DNA from: an uncultured Chloroflexia bacterium | GTDB taxonomy: Bacteria > Chloroflexota > Limnocylindria > Limnocylindrales > CSP1-4 | Assembly (NCBI GenBank): GCA_963752475.1 | Contig: CAVVYR010000032.1 | Location: forward strand, 1 to 64,000 | Direction of reading: 5' to 3' | Length of the DNA: 64,000 nucleotides | Shown here: positions 10,376 through 19,027 of the stretch, piece after piece | How the letters are laid out: every line of letters starts with the position of its first letter | How positions within the stretch are numbered: the first letter of the stretch is position 1 | Translations under genes and position numbers: made by a program | The notes under the pieces: generated by a model | What the model was told of the DNA's origin: nothing | Seen by the model: only the letters and a program-made list of their open reading frames with translations | The model's database searches: none

Positions 10376-10823
10376 TCACCCGGTCGCTGATGCGCACCGG
10401 CACGCTCGTCGAGCCCGTCTGCGGCTGGAGGTCGCGAAGCGGCGGAGGAGCGGCGGCGGGGCGTCGCGCAGGTAGCGGCGGAGGAGCGCGCGGCCGGTGT
10501 CGACGGCGGCGCCCGCCTGGCTCCGTCCATCGCCGATGCCGCGCTCGCTGTCGGGCACGAGCGCACGGCGGACGGCCTCGATGAGATACCGCTTGACGGC
10601 CGCGGTGTCGTCGGGCGTGGACGTGATGGCGACGACGTCGCCCCAGGGGCCCGCGACCCGCTCGACCGAGCCGCCAGGGCGGCCACGGCCGTCGGCGATC
10701 AGGCGCACGTCGCCTGCTGCGAGCGCGACGCCGTCGCTCGTGACCGTGACCGTCGTGGCGAAGCGTCGGAGCGTGAGCGGTCCGTCGTGGCCAGCGGGAT
10801 ACAGCGTGTCGGTCGCCGAAGCC
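10376..10823 (-). pseudogene. Head-tail connector-like protein fragment (inverted, start missing)
   Basis: Open frame directly upstream of gp10-like gene (LRRFATTVTVTSDG...VAITST); assignment mainly positional. Confidence 0.45.
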
Positions 10824-10882
10824 GTGCCCTTCCTCCGTCAGGCGGCGACCCGCATCGGGTCACGCGCAGAGGAGGTCGTCCG

Positions 10883-11329
10883 ATGATCGACCTCACGGGC
10901 TCGGTCCTCGTGCGCACCCGCGACCACGCGCCGATCGCCGCGCTCTGTGCCAGCCGCGTGGGCACAGAGGACCGCGGCAAGGCCTGGCGCGCGCCGATGG
11001 TCATCTGCGTCGACGAGGGCGCCAGCCGCTCGCCCGGCGCGGGTCGTGCAGCCAACGCGCGCATCGGCCTGCAGGTCCACACGTTCGCCTTCCGCTGCTA
11101 CGGCCAGGACCGCGCGCAGGCAGCGCAGCTCGCACGGCTCGTCTCGGACCTCTGGCACGAGTGCGGCGTCGTCGAGGGCACCGGCGACCCGCCGGTCCTC
11201 ATCCGCAACGGCTGGGCCGACCTTGTCGCCAAGCCCATCGAGGACCCGGGGCTCAAGCGGCCCTATGCCACCTGCTACGTCGACGTCCTCGGGGGTGCCG
11301 AGCCCAAGGGCGTGATGCCGATGACCTGA
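10883..11329 (+). CDS. Phage tail terminator/completion-like protein
   Basis: About 148 aa, FRCYGQDRAQAAQLARLV; directly precedes the tail tube. Confidence 0.6.
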   Translation: MIDLTGSVLVRTRDHAPIAALCASRVGTEDRGKAWRAPMVICVDEGASRSPGAGRAANARIGLQVHTFAFRCYGQDRAQAAQLARLVSDLWHECGVVEGTGDPPVLIRNGWADLVAKPIEDPGLKRPYATCYVDVLGGAEPKGVMPMT

Positions 11330-11417
11330 CCCCTCCCCCTGCGTCACGGCTCCGGCCATGACGCCACCAGCCCTGCGCGGGCCACCCGAGGACCCGCCGT
11401 AGCGAAAGGAGCATCAC

Positions 11418-11957
11418 ATGCCTGCCATCCCGGTCGACTCCTGGTACATCGGTGCCGGCGACATCTACCTCGATGCCGTCAAGATCGGCGCGACCCGCGA
11501 GAACAACGTCTTCCGCATCAGTCGCGAGCTCGACGCGGGCATCATGAACGGCATCGGCGGCAAGCTCGCGCGCACCGACTACTACATCCGTCGCCCGTAT
11601 CCTGTGCTCGAGTTCAGCTTCGCCGAGTTCAGCGCCACGAGCTTCCCGCTCATCGTGCCCGGCGCCATCGCGGCACCAGATGGGTCGGTACCCGACGACA
11701 TCATCATCAGCCCGCCGGCGGTCCGTCGGCTCGGGGCCGACGCCTATCACGAGTGGGAGCTACGGGTCCCTGGTGTGGACGGCAAGGACGTCGCGCTCGT
11801 CGTCCCACTCGGCATCAACGTCAACGACGCCGAGTTCACCGCCGCCGATACCGCCGACCCGACGGTCGTGCGCATGATGATCGAGGGCCGCTTCGACCCC
11901 GACGACGACACCGCCCCCGCCTGGACCATCCGCCTCGTCGGCGCGGCCGCCTCCTGA
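11418..11957 (+). CDS. Major tail (tube) protein
   Basis: IGAGDIYLD..KIGATR N-terminus typical of siphovirus tube proteins; SD AAAGGAG; position in the module. Confidence 0.75.
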   Translation: MPAIPVDSWYIGAGDIYLDAVKIGATRENNVFRISRELDAGIMNGIGGKLARTDYYIRRPYPVLEFSFAEFSATSFPLIVPGAIAAPDGSVPDDIIISPPAVRRLGADAYHEWELRVPGVDGKDVALVVPLGINVNDAEFTAADTADPTVVRMMIEGRFDPDDDTAPAWTIRLVGAAAS

Positions 11958-12556
11958 TGTCCGAGGAGCGGACCGAGGCCGAGGCCCTACGGCAGGTCCT
12001 CACGGTCAGCGTCGGCGGCGAGCCCGTCGCGCTGCGCACGCTCACCATCGACGAGTCCGACGCCTGGCTGCGCCGGCTCACCGGAGCCGTCGATGTCGAG
12101 CTCGGCGAGGCCGAGGGCGATGCCGACACGCTCGCGCGGATGCTCGCCCTGCCCGCCCAGGCGGCCCTTGACCTGGTCGCCGCATACGACCTTGACGGTG
12201 CCCTCGGCGATGCAGACAGCCTCCGCACCCGGATGACGAAGCGCGAGCTCCACGACGCGCTGGAGGCGATGGCGGATGCCGAGGACCCTTTCGGGGAGGG
12301 CGCCGCCCGTTTGGCGGCCGAGGTGTTTGGGGCACCGTCGCGCTTCCTCGCGGCGATGACGAGCCTCGTGCTCGACGGGCTGGCGTCACCGACGGCGCCA
12401 TCGCCGAATGGTGCCTCCACGCCTGGGGCCTCGACTGGAGCCGCGACATCCGACCCCGCTGGAGCCGCGAGCGCTTCCTCGTCTGCTGGACGTACGGCCA
12501 CGAGCGGGAGCGAGCGGAAGCGGCGGAGCGGCGCGAAGCGATCGCGGACGGGGTGA
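11957..12556 (+). CDS. Tail assembly chaperone (gpG-like)
   Basis: TGATG coupling to the tube gene; slippery heptamer C CCT TTC at 12286-12292. Confidence 0.7.
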   Translation: MSEERTEAEALRQVLTVSVGGEPVALRTLTIDESDAWLRRLTGAVDVELGEAEGDADTLARMLALPAQAALDLVAAYDLDGALGDADSLRTRMTKRELHDALEAMADAEDPFGEGAARLAAEVFGAPSRFLAAMTSLVLDGLASPTAPSPNGASTPGASTGAATSDPAGAASASSSAGRTATSGSERKRRSGAKRSRTG

Positions 12557-12730
12557 GGGAGGGCTACGCCGAGGTGCACGTCGATGCGGGGCTCTGGTCG
12601 GGCCATCCCCGCCGCTGGTGGCGGGATACCGATGCTGCTCCCGAACGCCAGGGGCTCAGCGGCCAAGCGCTCGTGGACTGGGTGACTGCCATGGCCGCGA
12701 AGTACCCCGACAACGTGCGGGTCGAGCTAG
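12286..12730 (+). CDS. gpT-like -1 frameshift extension of the tail chaperone
   Basis: -1 frame is open from the slippery site through EWCLHAWGLDW...GVREGYAEV...MAAKYPDNVRV. As written it runs to 12921, but the duplicate at 14955 suggests the original stop was TAG 12728-12730. Confidence 0.65.
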
Positions 12731-12800
12731 ATGGGCCTCCTGCATCTGTCGATGGCAGACCGTTCAGAGCGCCGCGGGCGGTCGAGGCGGCGCGATGGGG

Positions 12801-13355
12801 TTACTCGGCTGGTGGCATGACCCACTCGGGCGGCTGCCAGGAGCCGGAACACCACGCCCGTCGCCTCCCAGACATGCCCCGGTCGCGCTCCATCCACAGC
12901 ATCGCAGACAGACCTTCATAGCCGCCCTCACCGGAGAAGAAGTTCACGTAGTAGTTCCCGATGAAGGCGCGGGGACGGGCGTGAAGCCACGGAACTCTGC
13001 GCTCCAGGAGCCGTCGTCGTTTGGACAGGACCCCCCGGCCGGTCCGGGCCCGTCGAGTGTCGACGTCCTGGTGGTACTGGTTCGTCCATAGGCCGCTCAA
13101 TCGTGGGTCATCCACGTCCACGGTCAAGGTCCAGCCGTAGTTCAGTGTGACCGCACGACCGGCGGCACACCACGTGTCACGGTCGAAGGGCTGGTTCGGA
13201 GTCCCCACCCTGACGATGCCGGAGACGCTCGCTGGTGCCCGCATGTCGACCTCGGAGGTCGCCCCGTCGTCCTGCGCCGTCATAGCCGCCCCAGCCAGGA
13301 CGGATGCGAGCACTGCGATAGAGACGCCCGCCAACGACATCCTCAACGTTCGCAT
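12801..13355 (-). CDS. Cassette 1: secreted protein (DPRLSG / GxGxYEG family), possibly with compensating internal frameshifts
   Basis: Signal peptide MRTLRMSLAG...AMTAQ, DDPRLSG, GEGGYEG; SD GGGAGG. Confidence 0.75.
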   Translation of the reverse strand: MRTLRMSLAGVSIAVLASVLAGAAMTAQDDGATSEVDMRAPASVSGIVRVGTPNQPFDRDTWCAAGRAVTLNYGWTLTVDVDDPRLSGLWTNQYHQDVDTRRARTGRGVLSKRRRLLERRVPWLHARPRAFIGNYYVNFFSGEGGYEGLSAMLWMERDRGMSGRRRAWCSGSWQPPEWVMPPAE

Positions 13356-13374
13356 GACATCCCCTCCCACATGC

Positions 13375-13450
13375 GCGGGCCTGGTTCGCCAGTGGCTCGG
13401 CGCGGCCCAGGCGGCCATGCTCAGCAGGCCGCGCGTCGTGGCCTCCCGCT
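13375..13450 (-). ncRNA. c-di-GMP-II-like riboswitch, copy 1
   Basis: GCGGG-AGGC-CACGAC-GCGCGGCC-loop(CGCC)-GGCCGCGC-CGAGCC-ACTGGCG-AACCAGG-CCCGC fits P1, P2, kink-turn, P3 and pseudoknot. Confidence 0.8.
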
Positions 13451-13538
13451 ACCGATGATTCTCTCGCGGGCGTCCAGCGATGGCGGGCCCCGCGATCGAC
13501 GCCTGACCCGGCAGGCTAGCCCAGGCGGCGCGATGGGG

Positions 13539-14098
13539 CTACTCCGTGGGTGCCTCGAGCTCCGGTCCCATCAGGGGCGGGCCCCCGTAGATGGCGCCAT
13601 GGAAGCTCGTTCCGTCATCGAACGTCCCGCTGGTGTGCTGAAAGACGAGGTCGGCCCCTTGAGCCCCCCGTGCCGGGGCATGTGCCGATGATGAGGAAGC
13701 CATCGTGCTCCACCGCGGAAGTCGTCTGGTCGATCCGTGTGCAGTCCCAGCGCGCCATCCGGGACCATCGAGGCACGGGTCCCGCGGAGGATGCAGAACG
13801 CCTGCTCCGCGCCCATCCGTAGCAGTCCTCGTCGTAGGATGGTTCTGCCAACTCCCGCCGACGCGGGCATCGCTCATACGTGTTCTCGCACGGGCGACGG
13901 GCGTCACGGGAGAAGGCGCCCCAGTCCTGTCGGTCCACAGAGGACAGCGTGCGCGCGCCACGCGGTCTCGTGCCCGGTGAGGAGGGTCACCCCGGCCGGC
14001 GCTTCTTCCACGGCCTCCTGCGCCAGGGCTGGAACTCCACCGAGTGCCAGGCACATCACCATGACCGTCCCTGCCAGGGACACCCGCAACGTCCTCAT
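13539..14098 (-). pseudogene. Cassette 2: secreted paralog, frameshifted
   Basis: MRTLRVSLAGTV...ALAQE in one frame; MSDARVGG and GAIYGGPPLMGPELEAPTE in another. Confidence 0.75.
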
Positions 14099-14118
14099 GA
14101 GCGACCCTCCTTGCATCG

Positions 14119-14194
14119 GCGGGTCGGGTTCGCCAGTGGCTCGGCGCGGTCCAGGCGGCCATCGTCAGCAGGCCGCACGTCATCGCCTCCCGCT
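14119..14194 (-). ncRNA. c-di-GMP-II-like riboswitch, copy 2
   Basis: GCGGGAGGCGATGACGTGCGGCC...GGACCGCGCCGAGCCACTGGCGAACCCGACCCGC. Confidence 0.8.
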
Positions 14195-14291
14195 ACCGAT
14201 GATTCTCGCGCGGGCGTCCACCGCTGAGGCGCATCGCGACGGTGAAGAAAGGCGCGTGAGCGCCGCAGGCAGCCGAGGCAGCGCAGTGAAG

Positions 14292-14825
14292 TCAGTCGGC
14301 GGCAGTGAGCGGCAAGGTCGTGCCCCACGGCGGCGGCGGACCCTCGTAGAGGATACCCGCGGCTTTCCCCGACGGGTCCATGAAGTCAGGGACGTGGAAC
14401 CAGTACGTCCAACCCTCGTATTGCCCAGTGCCCTCCATGACGCCCCACCCGGGCAGACCGGTCCGGGCCTCATCTGCCACCGAGCCATAGGTGCCGACCC
14501 ACGTGCCATCCGGTCCATCGATCTCGGTGGCACCCCAGAGCATGCAGATGTGGCCCCCTGGATCCTTCAGGCAGAACTGCTCGGTCTCGCTCTTGGCGGC
14601 GCCGCTGAGCCGTGGGTCGCTCATCACGCTCACGCACTGGGCGGAGAAGAGGTGGAGTTCGACGGCATCGTCTTCCTGCACGGTGCGCCCTGGGGCTTCA
14701 TCACACTGGATCGTGCCGGTGACGTATACGCCGCCAGGTGCCTCCTGCGCCAGCACCACGCTCCCGACTCCGCCGAGCAACACCAGGATGACCGTCCCGA
14801 CCAGGGACAGCCGCAACGTACGCAT
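14292..14825 (-). CDS. Cassette 3: secreted paralog, intact
   Basis: MRTLRLSLVGTV...VLAQE, SDPRLSG, GPDGTWVG, GTGQYEG, GILYEGPPPPW. Confidence 0.85.
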   Translation of the reverse strand: MRTLRLSLVGTVILVLLGGVGSVVLAQEAPGGVYVTGTIQCDEAPGRTVQEDDAVELHLFSAQCVSVMSDPRLSGAAKSETEQFCLKDPGGHICMLWGATEIDGPDGTWVGTYGSVADEARTGLPGWGVMEGTGQYEGWTYWFHVPDFMDPSGKAAGILYEGPPPPWGTTLPLTAAD

Positions 14826-14847
14826 GAGCGTTCCCCCCTTCGCATGT

Positions 14848-14923
14848 GCGGGTCGGGTTCGCCAGTGGTTCGGCGCGGCCCAGGCGGCCATCGTCAGCAG
14901 GCCGCGCGTCGTCGCCTCCCGCT
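14848..14923 (-). ncRNA. c-di-GMP-II-like riboswitch, copy 3
   Basis: GCGGGAGGCGACGACGCGCGGCC...GGGCCGCGCCGAACCACTGGCGAACCCGACCCGC. Confidence 0.8.
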
Positions 14924-14954
14924 ACCGAAGATTCTCTCGCGGTCGTCCAGCGCG

Positions 14955-15065
14955 ATGGCCGCCAAGTACCCCGACAACGTGCGGGTGAGCTAGATGCGCT
15001 CCGTGCGCACGTCGATGACAGACCGATCGGGCCCTGTAGGCAGCCGGAGCTCCGCGAGGGCGCTA
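14955..15065 (+). repeat. Diverged duplicate of the gpT 3' end and spacer (first copy at 12691-12803)
   Basis: ATGGCCGC(G/C)AAGTACCCCGACAACGTGCGGGT(C)GAGCTAGATG...GTCGATG(G/A)CAGACCG present at both sites. Confidence 0.9.
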
Positions 15066-15602
15066 CTCGGCGGGAGTGAGCGGCAGTGTCTTCCCCCACG
15101 GTGGCGGCGGACCTTGATAGAGGATGCCCGCCTCCGGGGAGGATGGGGCCATCAGGTCGGGGATGTGGTACCAGTACGTCCAGCCTTCGTATGCCCCGGT
15201 GCCCTCCACGACCCCCCAGCTGGGCAGCCCGGTCCGGGATGGCTCATCCACGTAGCCAAAGGTACCGACCCAAGTGCCATCCGGTCCGGTGATTTCGACC
15301 GTACCCCAGCCCAGGCAGCCGTGGCCCGCGTCCTCCTTGAGGCAGCGACCCAACTGCTGGGCGTCGTAGACACCGGTGCCGCTGAGCCGTGGGTCGCTGC
15401 TCGTGAGCGTGCATTCATTGCGGATGAGATGGAGTTCGACGGCATCGTCCACCTGCACGGTGCGCCCGGGGGCTTCATTGCAGAGGCCGGTGCCGGTGAC
15501 GTAAGTATCACCAGGAGCCTCCTGAGCCGTGACCGCGAGGCCCGCTCCACCGAGCAGCATCAGGGTGACCGTCCCGACCAGGAACAGCCGCAACGTACGC
15601 AT
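15063..15602 (-). CDS. Cassette 4: secreted paralog, intact
   Basis: MRTLRLFLVGTV...VTAQE, SDPRLSG, GPDGTWVG, GTGAYEG, GILYQGPPPPW; close paralog of cassette 3. Confidence 0.85.
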   Translation of the reverse strand: MRTLRLFLVGTVTLMLLGGAGLAVTAQEAPGDTYVTGTGLCNEAPGRTVQVDDAVELHLIRNECTLTSSDPRLSGTGVYDAQQLGRCLKEDAGHGCLGWGTVEITGPDGTWVGTFGYVDEPSRTGLPSWGVVEGTGAYEGWTYWYHIPDLMAPSSPEAGILYQGPPPPWGKTLPLTPAE

Positions 15603-15624
15603 GGAATGTTCCCCCTTCACCAGC

Positions 15625-15700
15625 GCGGGCCGGTTCCGCCAGTGGCTCGGCGCGGTCCAGGCGGCCATCGTCAGCAGACCGCGCGTCATCGCCTCCCGCT
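15625..15700 (-). ncRNA. c-di-GMP-II-like riboswitch, copy 4
   Basis: P3 GCGCGGTC/GACCGCGC is a compensatory variant of GCGCGGCC/GGCCGCGC in copies 1 and 3. Confidence 0.82.
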
Positions 15701-15751
15701 ACCGATGATTCTCTCGCGGGCGTCCAGCAGCTTCCGCGGGAGGGGCTGCTG

Positions 15752-16079
15752 ATGGCCGCCTCGCTCGTCGGCCAGCTCGCCCTCGCGGTCAAAGGCGACC
15801 TCGAACGCTTCCGCGCCGACCTGCGCTCCCAGGCCCCGCGCATCGGCGACGAGGTGGGCACGACGCTCGGTGCCCGCATCAAGGCGCGGCTGTCGGCGGC
15901 GAACATCGGCACGGCGGTGGGCGCCACGCTCGGTGGGCTCGGCGTCGGGGCCCTGCGTATCGCCGACGACTACAAGGCCGCGGTCGACGCCATCCGCGTC
16001 GGCACCGGTGCCACGGGCGAGGCGCTCGAGGGTCTGGAGGCGAGCTTCGGGCGCGTGGCCGGGCGGGTGCGCGAGGACC

Positions 16080-16080
<1 letters not shown>
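15752..16080 (+). pseudogene. Tape measure protein, N-terminal fragment
   Basis: MAASLVGQLALAVKGD...IRVGTGATGEALEGLEASF resembles TMP N-termini; follows the chaperone; abruptly truncated. Confidence 0.75.
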
Positions 16081-16461
<381 letters not shown>

Positions 16462-16503
16462 ACAGAAGGACAAACACGACGAAGCACGCCGCGTGGAATG
16501 GGG

Positions 16504-16509
16504 ATTATA
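16504..16509 (-). promoter_or_regulatory. -10 box (TATAAT) for tRNA-Pro
   Basis: Consensus TATAAT about 40 nt upstream of the tRNA in GC-rich DNA. Confidence 0.65.
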
Positions 16510-16733
16510 GGCCACCTCGCACAAGCTTTCCCACGAGGTCGCCTCGACCGCCGTGGCTCGACCGGGATGCCGCGCCGGCGGAGCCATCGGTGAAACGTAG
16601 GCGATGACGGATGCGCGCCTGCTCGAAGCCGACCGGCTACTCTGAGACGAGCGCGTCGTGCTCTGCCCCCGCAGGCATGGCGAGCACAGCTCGGCGGCTT
16701 CAGGAACGGGAATCGGACCCCACGTGGGGAGGA

Positions 16734-18041
16734 ATGGACGAAACGATGACGCACGGCTCAACGGGCACCACGGAACGCCTCCTTGGAGGTGTCTCCTCGA
16801 CGTTCCGCATCAATCCCTACACCGGCGGCTTCCTGGAGGTGGCAGATGCCCACGGTGCACGATTGCGCACCAGCGACGGGCGTGAGTTCATCGACATGTT
16901 CATGGCGCACGGCAGCACCGTGCTCGGCCACGGGCACCCGGCCGTGGTGGCAGCGGTCAAGTCCGCACTCGACGCTGGTGTGGTCATCGGCTATGAGACC
17001 GGCGAGGGAGAGGCTGTCGCCCGGCGGCTAGCCACGTTCGTGCCCACCGCCGAGGCGGTGCGCTTCGTGGCCTCAGGCAGCGAGGCCGTGACCACGGCAC
17101 TGCGGGTGGCCCGCGCATACACCGGACGAGAGTTGGTCATCAAGATCGACGGCCACTACAACGGCGCCAGCGACTACGCCCTCGTGAACTCCCTGGCCGC
17201 CAACACCGATGCGCAGAACCCCGGCGGGGAGATCTCACACCGCATCCCTTCATGCGCAGGCATCCCACAGGCGACACTCGACACCGTCATCCCGGTCCCC
17301 TGGAACGACCTCGATGCACTCGACGCCGCCTTCGCGACCTACGGCGACCGCATCGCCGCGGTGTTGATGGTGCCGCTCGACTTCAACAACGGCTGCATCA
17401 CGCCGAGCGAGGGGTACCTGCAGGCGGCCATCGAGCGGACCCATCAGTCCGGCGCGCTGATGGTCTTCGATGAGGTGCTCTCCGGCCTCAAGGTGCGCGG
17501 TGGTACCGCGCAGGCGCTCTATGGCGTGACGCCGGACCTGACGACGGTCTCCAAGGCCATCAGCAGCGGCGTTCCTCTCGCGGCCGTGGTGGGCCTGCGC
17601 GAACCGATGGAGACGATCATGCGGCCGACCGAGCAGGGGGCCATCCAGGGCGGCACCTTCGCCGGCAGCGCGCTGGGATTGGCCGCCGCGACGGCGACGC
17701 TCGGACTGCTCGCCGACACGCCGGTGCATGACGAGCTGCTCGCTCGCGCGGAGCGGTTCTTCGCCCAGCTGCAGGCCGTCTTCGACCGCTCCTCGTTGCC
17801 GGCCCGTGTCCAGAGCGTGGGCAGCATGTTCACCATCTACGTCGGCACGCGGGAGCCGGTGAGGAGCTACGCCGACATGAACGCGCTCGATCGCGACCTC
17901 GCTCGTCGCTTCTTCACGCGCTGCATCGACGCGGGCATGTACTTCCACACCGACTTCTGCATCTCTGCGGCCCACGACGACGCGATCCTCGACGACGTCC
18001 TTGGGCGGATGGAGGCGATCGCCTCACAGCCCGACTGGTAG
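16734..18041 (+). CDS. Class III PLP aminotransferase (GSA aminomutase-like)
   Basis: SGSEA, GHYNG, FDEV, SKAISSG, GGTFAG motifs. Confidence 0.88.
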   Translation: MDETMTHGSTGTTERLLGGVSSTFRINPYTGGFLEVADAHGARLRTSDGREFIDMFMAHGSTVLGHGHPAVVAAVKSALDAGVVIGYETGEGEAVARRLATFVPTAEAVRFVASGSEAVTTALRVARAYTGRELVIKIDGHYNGASDYALVNSLAANTDAQNPGGEISHRIPSCAGIPQATLDTVIPVPWNDLDALDAAFATYGDRIAAVLMVPLDFNNGCITPSEGYLQAAIERTHQSGALMVFDEVLSGLKVRGGTAQALYGVTPDLTTVSKAISSGVPLAAVVGLREPMETIMRPTEQGAIQGGTFAGSALGLAAATATLGLLADTPVHDELLARAERFFAQLQAVFDRSSLPARVQSVGSMFTIYVGTREPVRSYADMNALDRDLARRFFTRCIDAGMYFHTDFCISAAHDDAILDDVLGRMEAIASQPDW

Positions 18042-18066
18042 CACGCGTCCGGGGGCGTCGGAACGG

Positions 18067-19023
18067 TCAGTCCTGACGAGCCAGCCGCAGGCCAAGGTCG
18101 GCGGCTCCGGCGAGGACGCTCTCCTGCCCCAGGGCCGCGGGCACGACCCGGAGCGAAGCACCGTTCTCGCGCATCACGCGCTTGCGCGCGAGGGAGGCGG
18201 CGCGGCGGATGAGACGGGGCTGACCGAGCCCGATCGAGCCACCGACCACGACCACGGCCGGCTCCACCACCGAGGCCATCGCCGCGAGCGAGACCGAGAG
18301 CGCCACGGCCGCGTCGTCCACGAGCCGACGAGCGGTAGGGTCGCCCTCGCGGGCGGCGCGGAAGACCTCTTCGGGAGTCCTCGGTGCCGGCGAAGCGCCC
18401 GTCGCGGTGCGACGCGGCCAGGCTTGCTTGGCACGACGTGCGAGCGAGCTGCCGCCGGCGAATGACTCGACGTCACCGCGTCGCCCGCAGGCACATCGTG
18501 GGCCATCAGGATCGACCTGGAGGTGGCCCACTTCGCCGGCGTTGCCATTGGCGCCGCGCACGACCTGACCGCCGACCACGATGCCACCGCCGATGCCGCT
18601 GCTGACCGTCAGGTAGCCCATGGGATCGGCACCCGCACCGGCACCGAAGTGCCATTCACCGAGGGCCGCAGTGTTGGCGTCATCTTCGAGGGCCACGGGC
18701 ACATCCAACCGTTCACCGAGCATGGCCGCGATGGGCACATCGGCCCAGCCCAGGTTCGAGCTGCGCGTGATGACGCCGTTCGACGCATCGAGCGGTCCCG
18801 GAGCTGCGACGCCGACCGCAAGGACCCGGCCCCCGCCTCGCTCGATCGACTGTCCGACCTCCCCGGCGACCCAGTCCACCAGGTCTGCGGGTCGGCCATG
18901 GCTATCGGTGCGCACGACCTCACCGTCGGGCCGCCAGCCGGATGCGAGCTCATCGACGGCGCGGACCGACAGCAGCGTCTTGGTGGCGCCGATGTCGAGG
19001 GCCACCACGAGCGCGGTACTCAT
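18067..19023 (-). CDS. ROK family sugar kinase
   Basis: ALDIGATK, EDDANTAALGE, GEVGH, CACGRRG. Confidence 0.9.
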   Translation of the reverse strand: MSTALVVALDIGATKTLLSVRAVDELASGWRPDGEVVRTDSHGRPADLVDWVAGEVGQSIERGGGRVLAVGVAAPGPLDASNGVITRSSNLGWADVPIAAMLGERLDVPVALEDDANTAALGEWHFGAGAGADPMGYLTVSSGIGGGIVVGGQVVRGANGNAGEVGHLQVDPDGPRCACGRRGDVESFAGGSSLARRAKQAWPRRTATGASPAPRTPEEVFRAAREGDPTARRLVDDAAVALSVSLAAMASVVEPAVVVVGGSIGLGQPRLIRRAASLARKRVMRENGASLRVVPAALGQESVLAGAADLGLRLARQD

Positions 19024-19027
19024 GCGG

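Noticed and set aside
14292-15602. Diversity-generating retroelement TR/VR pair
   Set aside because: No reverse transcriptase, and differences between the paralogs are not adenine-restricted
12769-15730. Integron cassette array or CRISPR interpretation of the repeats
   Set aside because: No integron integrase or cas genes; repeats lie in 5' leaders, fit a riboswitch fold and are spaced by whole genes; no convincing attC ends seen
15657-15761. GATGGCCGCCT at the tape-measure start is complementary to the plus-strand copy of the riboswitch loop
   Set aside because: An 11-bp GC-rich match is plausible by chance and no mechanism is evident
16734-18041. Calling the class III aminotransferase hemL
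   Set aside because: Divergent from canonical HemL N-terminal motifs and no tetrapyrrole genes nearby
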